Positions 8,367 through 18,700 of a DNA stretch of 64,000 nucleotides are shown in pieces. This DNA comes from an uncultured Candidatus Poseidoniales archaeon (GTDB taxonomy: Archaea > Thermoplasmatota > Poseidoniia > Poseidoniales > Poseidoniaceae): NCBI GenBank assembly GCA_902625885.1, contig CACODE010000001.1:26004-90003 (forward strand), given 5' to 3'. Below the pieces are notes generated by a model. That model was not told the origin of the DNA and did not search any database. It saw nothing but the letters and a program-made list of their open reading frames with translations. A program made the position numbers and the translations under genes. The first letter of the stretch is position 1, and every line of letters begins with the position of its first letter.

Positions 8367-10892
8367 ATGGCCGCGCAGGCAAAACCGGGCGTTCAAGAGC
8401 GAATATTGCTCCATTTGTTGGATTATTCCGATTTTAAGGACAGCATAGAAGTCCCGTTTGCTTTGTCGCAAATGGGCATTGCAAACGCCGTCGCCATTGC
8501 GAGGTCAAACGTGCCCCGGGCCATTGCGGGCCTCAAGGAGCAAGGCATTCTTGTGGAAAGGCAAGCGCATGTCAAAGGGGTTTCACGCAAAAGAAAAGCC
8601 TACTTTCTCACCGACAGCGGCGTGTTGCTGGCAAGCGAGACTTGGGAACGGCTCTCTGAGTTCCCGGTCACGTGCGTCCTCGATGAGCAACCTGCCGTCT
8701 CAACCACGCTGGGAAGTGCGAAATCGGTGTTGCCGTTTGAGATGCGGCCGGTTGACATCATTCGGTACATCGATGAACACAACCGTCTGGACGTTCGCAA
8801 TTTATCGGCCGATCTGGTGGAGCGGGACCTGTCCAAACACGTTGAGAAACAACTCGTGACATCGCTTGCGGACCTGCCCCGTCTCCGGCATTTCTACGGC
8901 CGGGCTACGGAGCTGGACAACATGGTTAATTTGCTAGAGGCGAGAGCCACCACCTTGCTGGTTCCCGGCATTGCGGGTATCGGCAAAACGACCGTCGCTT
9001 CCAAGTTGATTGAGCGATTCATGCACCGGCGGAACCTGTTGTACCATCGATGTCAAGATTGGGAGGGCTCCCGTTCATTCTTCGAATCGGTTGCGGACTG
9101 GTTGGCGAGCATGGGCAATGCTGAGTTTTCTACCTACCTTGCAGCGACGCCTGTACCACAGCCCGCTGACGCAGCCCGGCTCTTGGTCGAAGCGCTTGAG
9201 GGCACTCCCTCGTTGTTGGTCATCGATGATTTTCACAAAGTGTCGGACACGGTGCTGCACCAGACGTTCCAAGCCATGTCGCTTGCGCTCCTTGGCAGCG
9301 AGGAGAAGATCGGTTTGGTCATTTTTTCACGTTCTTTCAAGCCGGTCGTGCCAACCAAGGACGCCGAGGGCAGAATTGCGAGTTTGGTCCTCCCGCTCGA
9401 TGGACTTGACCCAGAATCTGGAAGGAAATTGCTCACGAGTTTCGATTCCTTGGAAGACGAACAGTGGCTCCACATTCACGGGTTGTCAAGGGGCCACCCG
9501 CTGGTGCTTGAACTCATCAACCGTGGTGCGTCCGCAGGGGCTTTCCACGAGACGCTTGAGAACTACGTGACGGTCGAGATTTTCTCAAAATTGAGTGCGG
9601 AGCAGAAGCGGGTGTTGTCGGCACTCTCCGTGTTCAGGGAACCCGTTGAGCTCGAGGCGCTTGCCATGCAAAAATTGGACACCGATGAGCTTGACAGCTT
9701 GGTTGAGTCCGGCCTTGCTCGGCAAGCCGACTCTGAAACCTACGATGTCCACGATCTAATTCGCGAATTCTTGCTACGCAGCCTTTCGGTTGCGCTCAGG
9801 GAGGAGTTCCATGGAAAATGTGTTGAATGGTACAAAAAACAGTCCCAATCTCAAGACATCCTCATCGAGCTCGTCTACCACACCATCAAGTCCGGTCAGT
9901 TTGACGAAGCTTCAGCCCTCGTCGTCAAAGAAGGCAGGCAATTGGTTTCTCAGGGTCACATGGAACTGCTTGGTTTGATTGAGCAGATTGAAACGATGGA
10001 TTTGGAAGCCGATGTTGTCGTCGGCATGGCCCAATTGCAAGGCGATATTCTTGCGCTCCTTGGGCGCCTCCCAGAAGCCGAGGAAGTGCTTGGCAACACC
10101 CTTGACCTGGCAAAAAAGGCAACCAACGAACAGGTACAGGCGGAAATACTCTCCTCGCTTGCAGACGTCAGCCGAAAACAAGGCGACAGCGACCTCTCGC
10201 TCAGCCGCCACAAAATGGCATTGAAACTCTACATCTCGCTCGGTCAAGCAAGGTGGGCGGCACGCACCTACAACAACATCGGATACCTTCTGCGGAGAAA
10301 AAACGAGAAATCCAAGGCTCTCGAAGCCTATGCTGAAGTTGAATCAATTTTGCAAGATTCTGACGACGAGGACCTAATACAGAGCCAAATCACGTTGGCG
10401 CGATCGCTGATTGAGCTCGGTGAAGTGGACCGTGCGCGTGAGCACGCCATGGCCTCTCACGAGCGAACCTCAGAAATGGGCGATGCCGTCATGCACGCAA
10501 GGGCTCAAGCCGTTCTGGGCAGGTATTACTCGAAAGTAGAGCAGTCAGAGTTGGCCCTTTTCCATTACACCGAGGCTCTTGAGGCCATGAACGAGGCCGG
10601 CGACGTGCAGTCGTTGGTGGAGATCACCATGCTCCTTGGCGAGGTGTTGCACGATGCAGGTCGCGTTGACGAGGCTGTCGAACATTACGGACAGGCTTTG
10701 GTCCTGGCCGAAGCGAACGACTTGCGGATGCAGATAGGTGAACTGCTCACCCGACTTGGTGGGGTAGCCCCGGACCGTCAGGGCAGGATGGAATACTTGC
10801 AAAGGGCGTTAACCGTGTTCAGGGAACTCGGTGCGAAAACCAAGATGCGAGAGGTCCAAGCCATGGTTCACAGAGCGGTCATGAGTCGATGA
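8367..10892 (+). CDS. wHTH-STAND NTPase-TPR protein (NLR-like transcriptional regulator)
   Basis: N-terminal winged HTH (SQMGIANAVAIARSNVPRAIAGLKEQG..YFLTDSG); Walker A GIAGIGKTT; Walker B LLVIDD; GHPL (GxP) and VHDL (MHD-like) motifs; C-terminal TPRs; GGAGG before ATG 8367. Confidence 0.85.
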   Translation: MAAQAKPGVQERILLHLLDYSDFKDSIEVPFALSQMGIANAVAIARSNVPRAIAGLKEQGILVERQAHVKGVSRKRKAYFLTDSGVLLASETWERLSEFPVTCVLDEQPAVSTTLGSAKSVLPFEMRPVDIIRYIDEHNRLDVRNLSADLVERDLSKHVEKQLVTSLADLPRLRHFYGRATELDNMVNLLEARATTLLVPGIAGIGKTTVASKLIERFMHRRNLLYHRCQDWEGSRSFFESVADWLASMGNAEFSTYLAATPVPQPADAARLLVEALEGTPSLLVIDDFHKVSDTVLHQTFQAMSLALLGSEEKIGLVIFSRSFKPVVPTKDAEGRIASLVLPLDGLDPESGRKLLTSFDSLEDEQWLHIHGLSRGHPLVLELINRGASAGAFHETLENYVTVEIFSKLSAEQKRVLSALSVFREPVELEALAMQKLDTDELDSLVESGLARQADSETYDVHDLIREFLLRSLSVALREEFHGKCVEWYKKQSQSQDILIELVYHTIKSGQFDEASALVVKEGRQLVSQGHMELLGLIEQIETMDLEADVVVGMAQLQGDILALLGRLPEAEEVLGNTLDLAKKATNEQVQAEILSSLADVSRKQGDSDLSLSRHKMALKLYISLGQARWAARTYNNIGYLLRRKNEKSKALEAYAEVESILQDSDDEDLIQSQITLARSLIELGEVDRAREHAMASHERTSEMGDAVMHARAQAVLGRYYSKVEQSELALFHYTEALEAMNEAGDVQSLVEITMLLGEVLHDAGRVDEAVEHYGQALVLAEANDLRMQIGELLTRLGGVAPDRQGRMEYLQRALTVFRELGAKTKMREVQAMVHRAVMSR

Positions 10893-10893
10893 A

Positions 10894-11373
10894 TCATTGA
10901 ACAGCCTGCGGTCTGTCAAGCGACAAAAACGTGACGCCATCTTCATGCACCACCCAAAGACGCTCAACGCCGGCGAGTGGCACCCGCCCTTCGTGAGTGC
11001 CGGCACCCGTTCCTGAAAGGGAGACTTCCATGTCAAGCGGCCCTCCTTCATCAACCAGTTTCAGCGTGGTTTCGTGCAGTTCAACCCAAAACAGCGATTC
11101 ATCGGCTTCCGTGGGCCGCCAGGCGATCTCTTCGGCATAGGACACGTTGCCGCCCAGGCGACTCGCCTCGTCCGCTCGCTCTACAGCGGCTGCGATGTCG
11201 TCCATGTTGGCGCGAACGGCTTCTTCGTTCCATCGCAGTCGGGTGTTCGTTTCGATGTCCCACGCCCATACACTGAACATGCTCATCAGCAACACGCCAA
11301 GCAGGAACGTGAAGATGTAACCAAGTTCCGTCGCCGCAGCACGGGTGTCCCTTGCGAGCGAATGTTGCCTCAA
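10894..11373 (-). CDS. Small type IV pilin-like protein
   Basis: Class III signal peptide-like N-terminus RDTRA/AATELGYIFTFLLGVLLMSMF; overlaps the stop of the upstream gene. Confidence 0.65.
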   Translation of the reverse strand: MRQHSLARDTRAAATELGYIFTFLLGVLLMSMFSVWAWDIETNTRLRWNEEAVRANMDDIAAAVERADEASRLGGNVSYAEEIAWRPTEADESLFWVELHETTLKLVDEGGPLDMEVSLSGTGAGTHEGRVPLAGVERLWVVHEDGVTFLSLDRPQAVQ

Positions 11374-13605
11374 ACCAACACCTCCCGGGTCGTCACATCA
11401 AGCGATGCCATCTGAAGCGTGAATTCAACCACTTCTCCGTTGGTATGCCATACCGCTTCTGAGGTTCCATAACTTGGGTCGGGAACCCAGCCAACATAGT
11501 CGGTGAGCAGATCAAGCCTGCCCGGGTACACCGTCCAGTCTTCACTTGCTTCCAAGCCAACACCGGCATCATCGGCAATGGCCGCACCGTAGGGCTCGCT
11601 CCAGCCTCGGCGAACTTCGTAAGCCGGTGTCGAGGCCAGTGATGTTCGGTGCACCATTTCGATGTCAAGTTCCAGTTCACCTGCACCCGTTTCGCTACCT
11701 GCGGTAGGGTGAAGCGCCGGAATGGTGGCAGCAAATCGAGGGCCTGGGCCGCCCCTATCGGAAGGCGGTACGACAACATAGGCGTTGAATTCGGGGTGGT
11801 TGGTGACCACGGCCCCTCCGCTGAAGGCCACTTCCATGCCGTCAACCGATGACGAAAATTGGTAGGACAACCTAGACAGGTGGAACGCCCACACGGTCCC
11901 TATGGAGCTGTGCGTTGAGATACCGTCGCTGCCGAGCACGTCGATGCTCATGCTCGCTGGGTGCCGTCCATCTCTCCACGCTTGGTTCGTGTCGATTTCG
12001 CCTCGGCCACCCATTCGCTCCCATGGAAGGTCGGTCATGATCCATCCACTGGCCTGCGTTCCAACGCTTGTGCATCGCTCGGCGCCATCGTGGGAGAGGT
12101 GGAGCAGACCATTGTTCCCTCCATGCCTTACAGCGCGCAGCGGATGTCCATCTTCAACGCGTAGGGTGGTGTTGCCCTCTGGCAGGGTGATGACGCGGTG
12201 ATTGATAGCGTCAAGAAACACGCCAGACGCCTCGACAGCGCCCGAGAGGTTCCATGTTGAGGTGTAGCCTGCGAGCCGATACAGGAGCGTCTCGGTGGAT
12301 GAATTGTCGCGATTGTCGTAGGTGAACAGCCCGCCGGATAGCGAACCCGTGTCGTCAGCGGGCAGGAACATGCTGCCGTCGACCGCATCCGTGGTTGAGG
12401 CGCTGTTGTCGGCGGCCCAAGTGACCATGACGTCTCCGTCGGCGTCGATGGTCAATGCTTCACCGTCCGTTGTTGGAGGCCAATTGATTTGTTCAACGGC
12501 CCCGCTCGCCACGGAAATACCGCCACCGCGCCACGTCAGGGTGACAACGTCATCTCCCGGGTTGGTGAACCGCAGCATGCCGTTCATTGTCGGCGGCAAG
12601 AAGGCATGCCCGAGGTAGGCACCGGTCATCGAGGGCCAAGCGGTCATCCCTGCCTCGCTGGTCGTGTTGAGTTTCAACATCAATCGTGCTGGCGTGCTCG
12701 TGGTGATGTGGGCGACCGTTGGTTCCGTGAGGTTGATGTCATGACTGAAACTCACGCCGGTCCTTGCCAGACCGCTTGGTGTGGCGTAATGTATGGACGT
12801 CGCCTCGTTCACAGTGAGGTGAATTTGGTTTGAGCGATCGCTGAGCAATTCAAACGCGTGGGTCCCCGCAGGCAGCGGTATTGACCAGTCATGGCCACGT
12901 TTGTCGACAGGCTCTGGCGAGTTTGGCAACACGTAGCTGGCACCGCCATCGCCCACGTGTCCAAACACGGTCAGCGCATGGCTTGAGGTCAACGTGGCCG
13001 CACCGTAAGCCGACACGTCAACAACACCCATGTCGTCAATTCTCAGCGACAACGAGAGTACCTCTTCTCCCCCCCTCCACCAGCATCACGTCAATCGGTC
13101 CTAGGGGCATTGCTAGGCCGGGGGTGACGGTGAAACGCACACGGTCCAGAACAGCGTCGATGGTGTAGTGATAGGGGCGGTCTGGCCCCAAGCGAAGGTC
13201 GGTAATGCAAACGGCCTCAACGAAACTTTCCGGGTGACGAATTTCGAGTTGGTCGTCAAAGTCAAGCGCCCCGCGCGCCCTCAAACTCATGTCCTCGACC
13301 CATGTTGCAGAATACCACATACCGCCTCGCAAGCTGTCCCAAACAAGCTCTCCGTCCACGGGGATGAGTGTGCTATGCGCTGAATCTCCTGGCATACCTC
13401 GCTCGCTTAGGGCGGACGTTTCATGAGCGAGCAGCGCCATTTGGGCTGACATATCGTGGCGTTCGACGGAGCCTTCCAATTCTTCGATGACGGGCATCAT
13501 GGAGATCATCATCAAACCGATGATGGACAGCACGCCGCCGAACAAGAGCACGGTGGCAACGGCCGCCGATACCCCCTCTTCATCTCGGCGCAGGGTTCCG
13601 TTCAC
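11370..13605 (-). pseudogene. Large pilin-like protein split by a 1-nt frameshift in a G7 tract (ORFs 13036-13605 and 11370-13052)
   Basis: N-terminus RRDEEG/VSAAVATVLLFGGVLSII is class III signal-like. Removing one G from the run at 13069-13075 joins the two ORFs as ...VEGGEEVLSLSLRIDDMG... Could be phase variation or an assembly error. Confidence 0.7.
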
Positions 13606-14687
13606 GAACTCACCTCCACCCGTTGAACGTCCACCTCAAAGTAAAGTGGAAACGCCTGTGAGGACACGCTGAATCCGTCGGCTCCGCTGGCTCTTTCGTA
13701 CGGTGAAAAACCGATGAAGGTGTCCAACGTTCCCGCTGACCTCTCAATGGTGTAGTCAGCCAGCCAGTTGTTGTGGTACTGGGGCGATATCACGTCGTGG
13801 AGGGCGTTGTGCACGTTGAAGTTCACGTTGTAGGCTCGTCCACTGAACAAGGTGAGCGGGCCCTGCGACACAAACTGCATACCGACGTTGGAGCCGGAAC
13901 CAATGCTGCCGTTGGCGATGATGTCCGTGAGCAGGATGGAAAGACGTAACTCATCGTTTGCCATGCGGTCAAACTCCACCAGTGGCATGGCGCTCACCTC
14001 CCACGCCTCGTTGGGAAACCGTTCGGCTCGGGCGTTGTTCATGAGGACGATTTGGTGTTCACCTTGCCCAAGAGACGTGGTGATTTGGAGCCCTGAGACG
14101 GTCCAGGACACATGCCGATGCAGCGGTTCGTTATCGGCACCGTAGACGGTGACGGATATCCAGTGAGAGGCGCTTGCGTTGTGGGTTACAAACACCTCGA
14201 GGTGGCTTACCGGAAGTTGCTGTTCGTAGACCACACCGGGGGACTCCACACGAATGCTGCGGGCGGTTTCGTTCGCGGTCAGAACACCGAAGGTGGTGTC
14301 GTTGACCTGGCGTATGGCGATCCGTTCACCGTCCGTCAAATCCGCCGCAATGGTCCAGTGCTCGATGTTCTGTACCGAGCGAATTGCTGTGGATTGAATG
14401 GCCAGCGTGTTCCTGAAACCTGTGCCTTCAGGAGCGTTGCCCGCCACCTCGAGCCGGTCCTCAATTCGCTCAGCGAGGCCGGTGGCAGAATTCCAGTTGG
14501 TGTTGTCCTCAAAATCCGAGAGGTACGGGTTGAGAAAAATCCAGACTCCGCCCATGATGGTGATGACCATGGCCAGCAACATCACCACGCCCAAAACCTC
14601 GCTTACAGCACGCTCATCTCCCACGCGGCGGTGAGACGCAAACTGCACGCTCGCTCGGTTCACAAGGTTGACACAACCCCGTATCAT
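13602..14687 (-). CDS. Archaeal type IV pilin N-terminal domain protein
   Basis: DERA/VSEVLGVVMLLAMVITIMGGVWIFL matches the archaeal class III signal peptide plus Pilin_N pattern. Confidence 0.75.
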   Translation of the reverse strand: MIRGCVNLVNRASVQFASHRRVGDERAVSEVLGVVMLLAMVITIMGGVWIFLNPYLSDFEDNTNWNSATGLAERIEDRLEVAGNAPEGTGFRNTLAIQSTAIRSVQNIEHWTIAADLTDGERIAIRQVNDTTFGVLTANETARSIRVESPGVVYEQQLPVSHLEVFVTHNASASHWISVTVYGADNEPLHRHVSWTVSGLQITTSLGQGEHQIVLMNNARAERFPNEAWEVSAMPLVEFDRMANDELRLSILLTDIIANGSIGSGSNVGMQFVSQGPLTLFSGRAYNVNFNVHNALHDVISPQYHNNWLADYTIERSAGTLDTFIGFSPYERASGADGFSVSSQAFPLYFEVDVQRVEVSS

Positions 14688-14719
14688 TTAGCCATTGACC
14701 TCAAAGTAGGGTGTGTCGG

Positions 14720-15532
14720 TCATTTGGCGACCTTTTCGTTCGGCTTGACGACGGTCGATTCTTGGCCGATGTAGTGGGAAAAGTCAGGGCCGTTTTGGCC
14801 GGAAATTCGCAAGTCACCGCTGAACACTTCATCGATGAAGTAGAGCACGGTGGATTCTGCGAGGTGTGGAAGGTTGTTTTTCTCGCTGAGGTGCATCAGG
14901 GTGATGCTTCGCGTGGCCTCCGTGCAAACTTCCGCCAGAAACCGCCCGGTCTGCTCGTTCGACAGGTGCCCTCCTCGACCTGAAATGCGGTCTTTTAGGG
15001 AGTAAGGATAGGGCCCGTGCATCAGCCGATTGTGGTCGTAATTGGCTTCCACCGAGATGTGCTCGCATCCACGCACGTGCGTGACCAGTTCTTCAGTCCA
15101 GGAGCCCAAATCCGTGATGATCGCCGCTCGCTCACCGCCGTAACTGGCCACGAACCCCACGTTGTCCGAACCTGCATGAGGTACGGGAACGGGCAGAACG
15201 GCTAAATCCGAACCAACTTTAACGAGGTCGAGGGCTTCAAAGAACGTCGTCATTTCCGGCACAAGGTCCAATTCAAGGGCGGTTCGCTCGTTGGCCAACA
15301 CGGGTATGTTCCATTTTGTTTGAAGCATTTTGGCCCCTCCACCGTGGTCGCCGTGGTGGTGGGAAAGAAAGACGCAATCAATGTCATCTGGTGTGAGTTG
15401 CAGACGGGCCAGCCGCTTCACCAACTGGGCGCCGCTGAAACCCTGGTCGATGAGCACTTTCGCACGGGGCGTTTCCAGCAGCGTTGAGTTGCCTCGGCTG
15501 CCTGAACCAAGATGCGTGATGGTCATCGTCAT
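14720..15532 (-). CDS. Metallo-beta-lactamase-fold hydrolase, YycJ/WalJ-like
   Basis: LGSGSRGNS, LIDQG, SHHHGDH (HxHxDH), ITDLG, EANYD, GHLSN and LMHLS motifs. Start trimmed from the 16180 ORF to ATG 15532. Confidence 0.9.
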   Translation of the reverse strand: MTMTITHLGSGSRGNSTLLETPRAKVLIDQGFSGAQLVKRLARLQLTPDDIDCVFLSHHHGDHGGGAKMLQTKWNIPVLANERTALELDLVPEMTTFFEALDLVKVGSDLAVLPVPVPHAGSDNVGFVASYGGERAAIITDLGSWTEELVTHVRGCEHISVEANYDHNRLMHGPYPYSLKDRISGRGGHLSNEQTGRFLAEVCTEATRSITLMHLSEKNNLPHLAESTVLYFIDEVFSGDLRISGQNGPDFSHYIGQESTVVKPNEKVAK

Positions 15533-15718
15533 GCGAACACAAAGCGAGCATCGCGGAAGGAACTTGAATACACCGCTTCTTGAGGAAAAGAGCGGCTGTT
15601 TTTCAGCCAAGAACTGCGTCATCAGTCGCATTTTGTATGAACAATGTTCCATCAACATCATAAGCAATTTGAACAGAGAAAATACAAGCGAGGCTGCGCC
15701 TTCGCAGACGGTGTCTTG

Positions 15719-18700
15719 ATGCGACGAAGCCAAACAGCCATTTTGACGACGCTTGCAGTGGTTGCAAGCCTGTTGTTCATGTCGCAGTTCCCGGCCATCT
15801 CCAACGTGGCCAACGTTCACCCAGAAGACGCCACTTCCGGTGGTCCCCAAAAGACGGACACGGACGGTGACTCCATTCCGGATGTTCACGAAAATCTGTT
15901 TGAAGAGTGGATGAACTGGACCGCCGTGGACGGCCGGGACGTTTCCATTCCCGGACTTGACAAGGACACGGCGGACAACGATTTGGACAACGACATCGAC
16001 GGTCTCAACGCCACCGAGGAGTATTGCTGGCCCTATCCAGCGAATTGCACCGCTCCTGGCTTCCCACGAGGCTTGACCGGAGAACTTGATGAGAACAACA
16101 ATCGCATGTACCTTGACCCTCGCATTTCCGATACGGATGGCGACGGCATGCCTGACGGGTACGAAGTCTACATGTGCCATCGTTTGGGCGGTTTCGACCC
16201 TGTTGACCTGCGGTACTCATGCCCTTCCTTTGACCCGCTCAACGGAAGCGATGTCACGTTGGACAGCGATAACGACGGTTTTGACGTGAATCGCGATGGC
16301 ATACTGAGCGATTCCGAGCGGTACACGGCCCCGGAGGAGTATGCCTACGGTATGCCATCCAATTTTACGGCAGAACTTGATGGGCTTTGGTGCTACGCCA
16401 CCGAGCCTGAGGGTTCGGTTCTCAAGAACTGGCCATACCTGCCATCAGGCAACAACGCCACGTTCCACAACCTTCTGGCGGCGTGCACAAAAACTGCGGC
16501 CAATCCGGTTGGAGAAGACTTGTGGTTGGGCACCGACCCGTTGATGGACGATTCTGACCGATACCTATGGGACGGTTTTTCCATCAGGCCGCTGTATCCT
16601 TCCTTCGGAGACGGCATACCGGATGGATGGGAGGTCCACTTCGGGCTCAATCCACTCAACCGCTCCAACGCCTTGGACGATCCTGACAACGATGGGTGGG
16701 ACGCCAACCGTGACGGTGGCCTTTCTGACGACGTTTCTCGGACCGAAACAGCGCTGAAGTTGGGCGAAGCCCTGTCCACTTTGGAAGAATACCTGGTTCA
16801 CTATGACGACGGAAACACGGTTTATCCTGGACTAAAATCGACGTATGTAGGGGACGAAATTGATTTCACGACGATGCCACTCGTTTACGATGCGCCTGCG
16901 GACACTTTGGCCGTGATGCATCATGACATTCGCTCGTTGGACGAAAACGGTGGCAAAATTTACGCCATGACAAAATACGGTGTGAGCGTTCTTGATAGCG
17001 AACAGAACGCCCAATCCCATCACTGGTTACCCGAGGGCATTGTCCTCAATGATGGTTTCTTGGCTCGCTCAAACGGCCTTCCCTACGCAGCGGTTCTTGG
17101 AACAACAGCGGGTTTCGCTGTGGCGCCGCTACTAGCGGATGGAGCCCTTGGTTCGATGCCCACATGGTCCTGGAGCTTCGCTGAGAAAGTGAACGCTGTG
17201 GCGCCGTTGGCCGGCGAAGACACGAACCTCCACGTCATAGGACTCGGCGACGGAGGTGAAGGCCTCGTCATTGAAATCGACGGCAACGCCAACATCATCA
17301 CCACGTCCGAAATTGGGGCGGGTCTGAAAGCCGGGCTCGGTGAGGCCAACGCCTCGGTCTCCGCGATTCAGCACGGCCTTGTCGGTGGCTCGACGTTCCA
17401 TCTTTTCGTTGGTACCGATCGCGGTTTGTTGGTTGTAGACACACCAACAGCCAGGGATGAAGCGACCGGTGAGTGGCGGTTTTTCTTCACCCGAGAGACC
17501 AATCCTATACCGACGAACGTTGACGAATTGCGGAGTTTACCGCTCGGTGTCAACGACAACCCGGCCGATGTTCGCACCTTGGTCTTGGACGGCCCGTCGG
17601 CAAACAACGCTCAGGCCTTGTGGTTTGGTACGCCCTCAGGCGTTCACAAATTGGACCTTATCGAAGACATGATCGAGCACAGCGGGCTTTACGTCCACCC
17701 TGGTGTCGATGGCAAACTCTCCCAAGACACCAACAACATCTACGCCATTCATCCGACCGGTGATGAAATCCTTATTGGTTCAGCCTGGGGCCTTTGGGCC
17801 ATCGCAGGCGATCACGACGCTGTTTACGGTCTTCAAGACCAGACTCGGCTCCCCGGTCAAATCGTCGCCATCACCACCTCTGTGGAAGAGGGCAACGTCA
17901 CGGTGTATGGTTCGGCCACACCCGGTCAGTTTGCCAACCTTCAACTGATGGACCCGGGGGCCAACGACTCCGATGCCGACGGCATGCCGGACGGTTGGGA
18001 AGTCGTTCACGGCCTCGACCCCACAGACCCATGGGACGCTTTGTACGACCCGGATGCAGACGGCATCAACCTCGACCAGTCGGCCGATATGAGTCTCGAC
18101 CGATTGTGGACCAACCTCGACGAGTTCCGCTACACAAAAACCACGCCAGAGGGGTACAATTCAACCGACCCCAGAATTGGCGACACCGACGGGGACGGAC
18201 TTGGGGATGGTGCTGAACATTACGGCTTCTTCTACGAACAATCCAACCTCTGGTGCTACTACACGGTGCAAATGGAATACCTCTGCGATGAAAGCAAGGG
18301 TCAGGCTGCCAACGCTACTTACCTCGCCATCGCTAACGTAGACACGGCTACGGACCCCACGAACCACGACTCTGATGGCGACGGCATGCCTGACGGGTGG
18401 GAGATTCAACACCGCCGATGGATCGGCGATTCGTTTACCGGTGGGAACAATTGGAGTCTCGACCCGCTGAGGCCTGAGGACGCCAACTGGGATGCGGACG
18501 GTGACGGTTTACCCAACCTTTGCGAGTACCAGTGGTCCATCGTCCGCCTCATGGGCATTGATGGCGACCTGCTTGAGGACTACGGCGAATCCCCAGAGGC
18601 CGCCGAATCGTGGGCGGTTGCCGACCCAAACCTCGTTGACTCCGATGGCGACACCCTTCCCGACGGCTGGGAATCCAAAGGGCTCTGTTCGTGGGACCCA

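Noticed and set aside
15533..16180. N-terminal extension of the 486-aa ORF (MBL hydrolase)
   Set aside because: It is the antisense shadow of the giant repeat gene plus intergenic DNA. The hydrolase motifs begin at ATG 15532.
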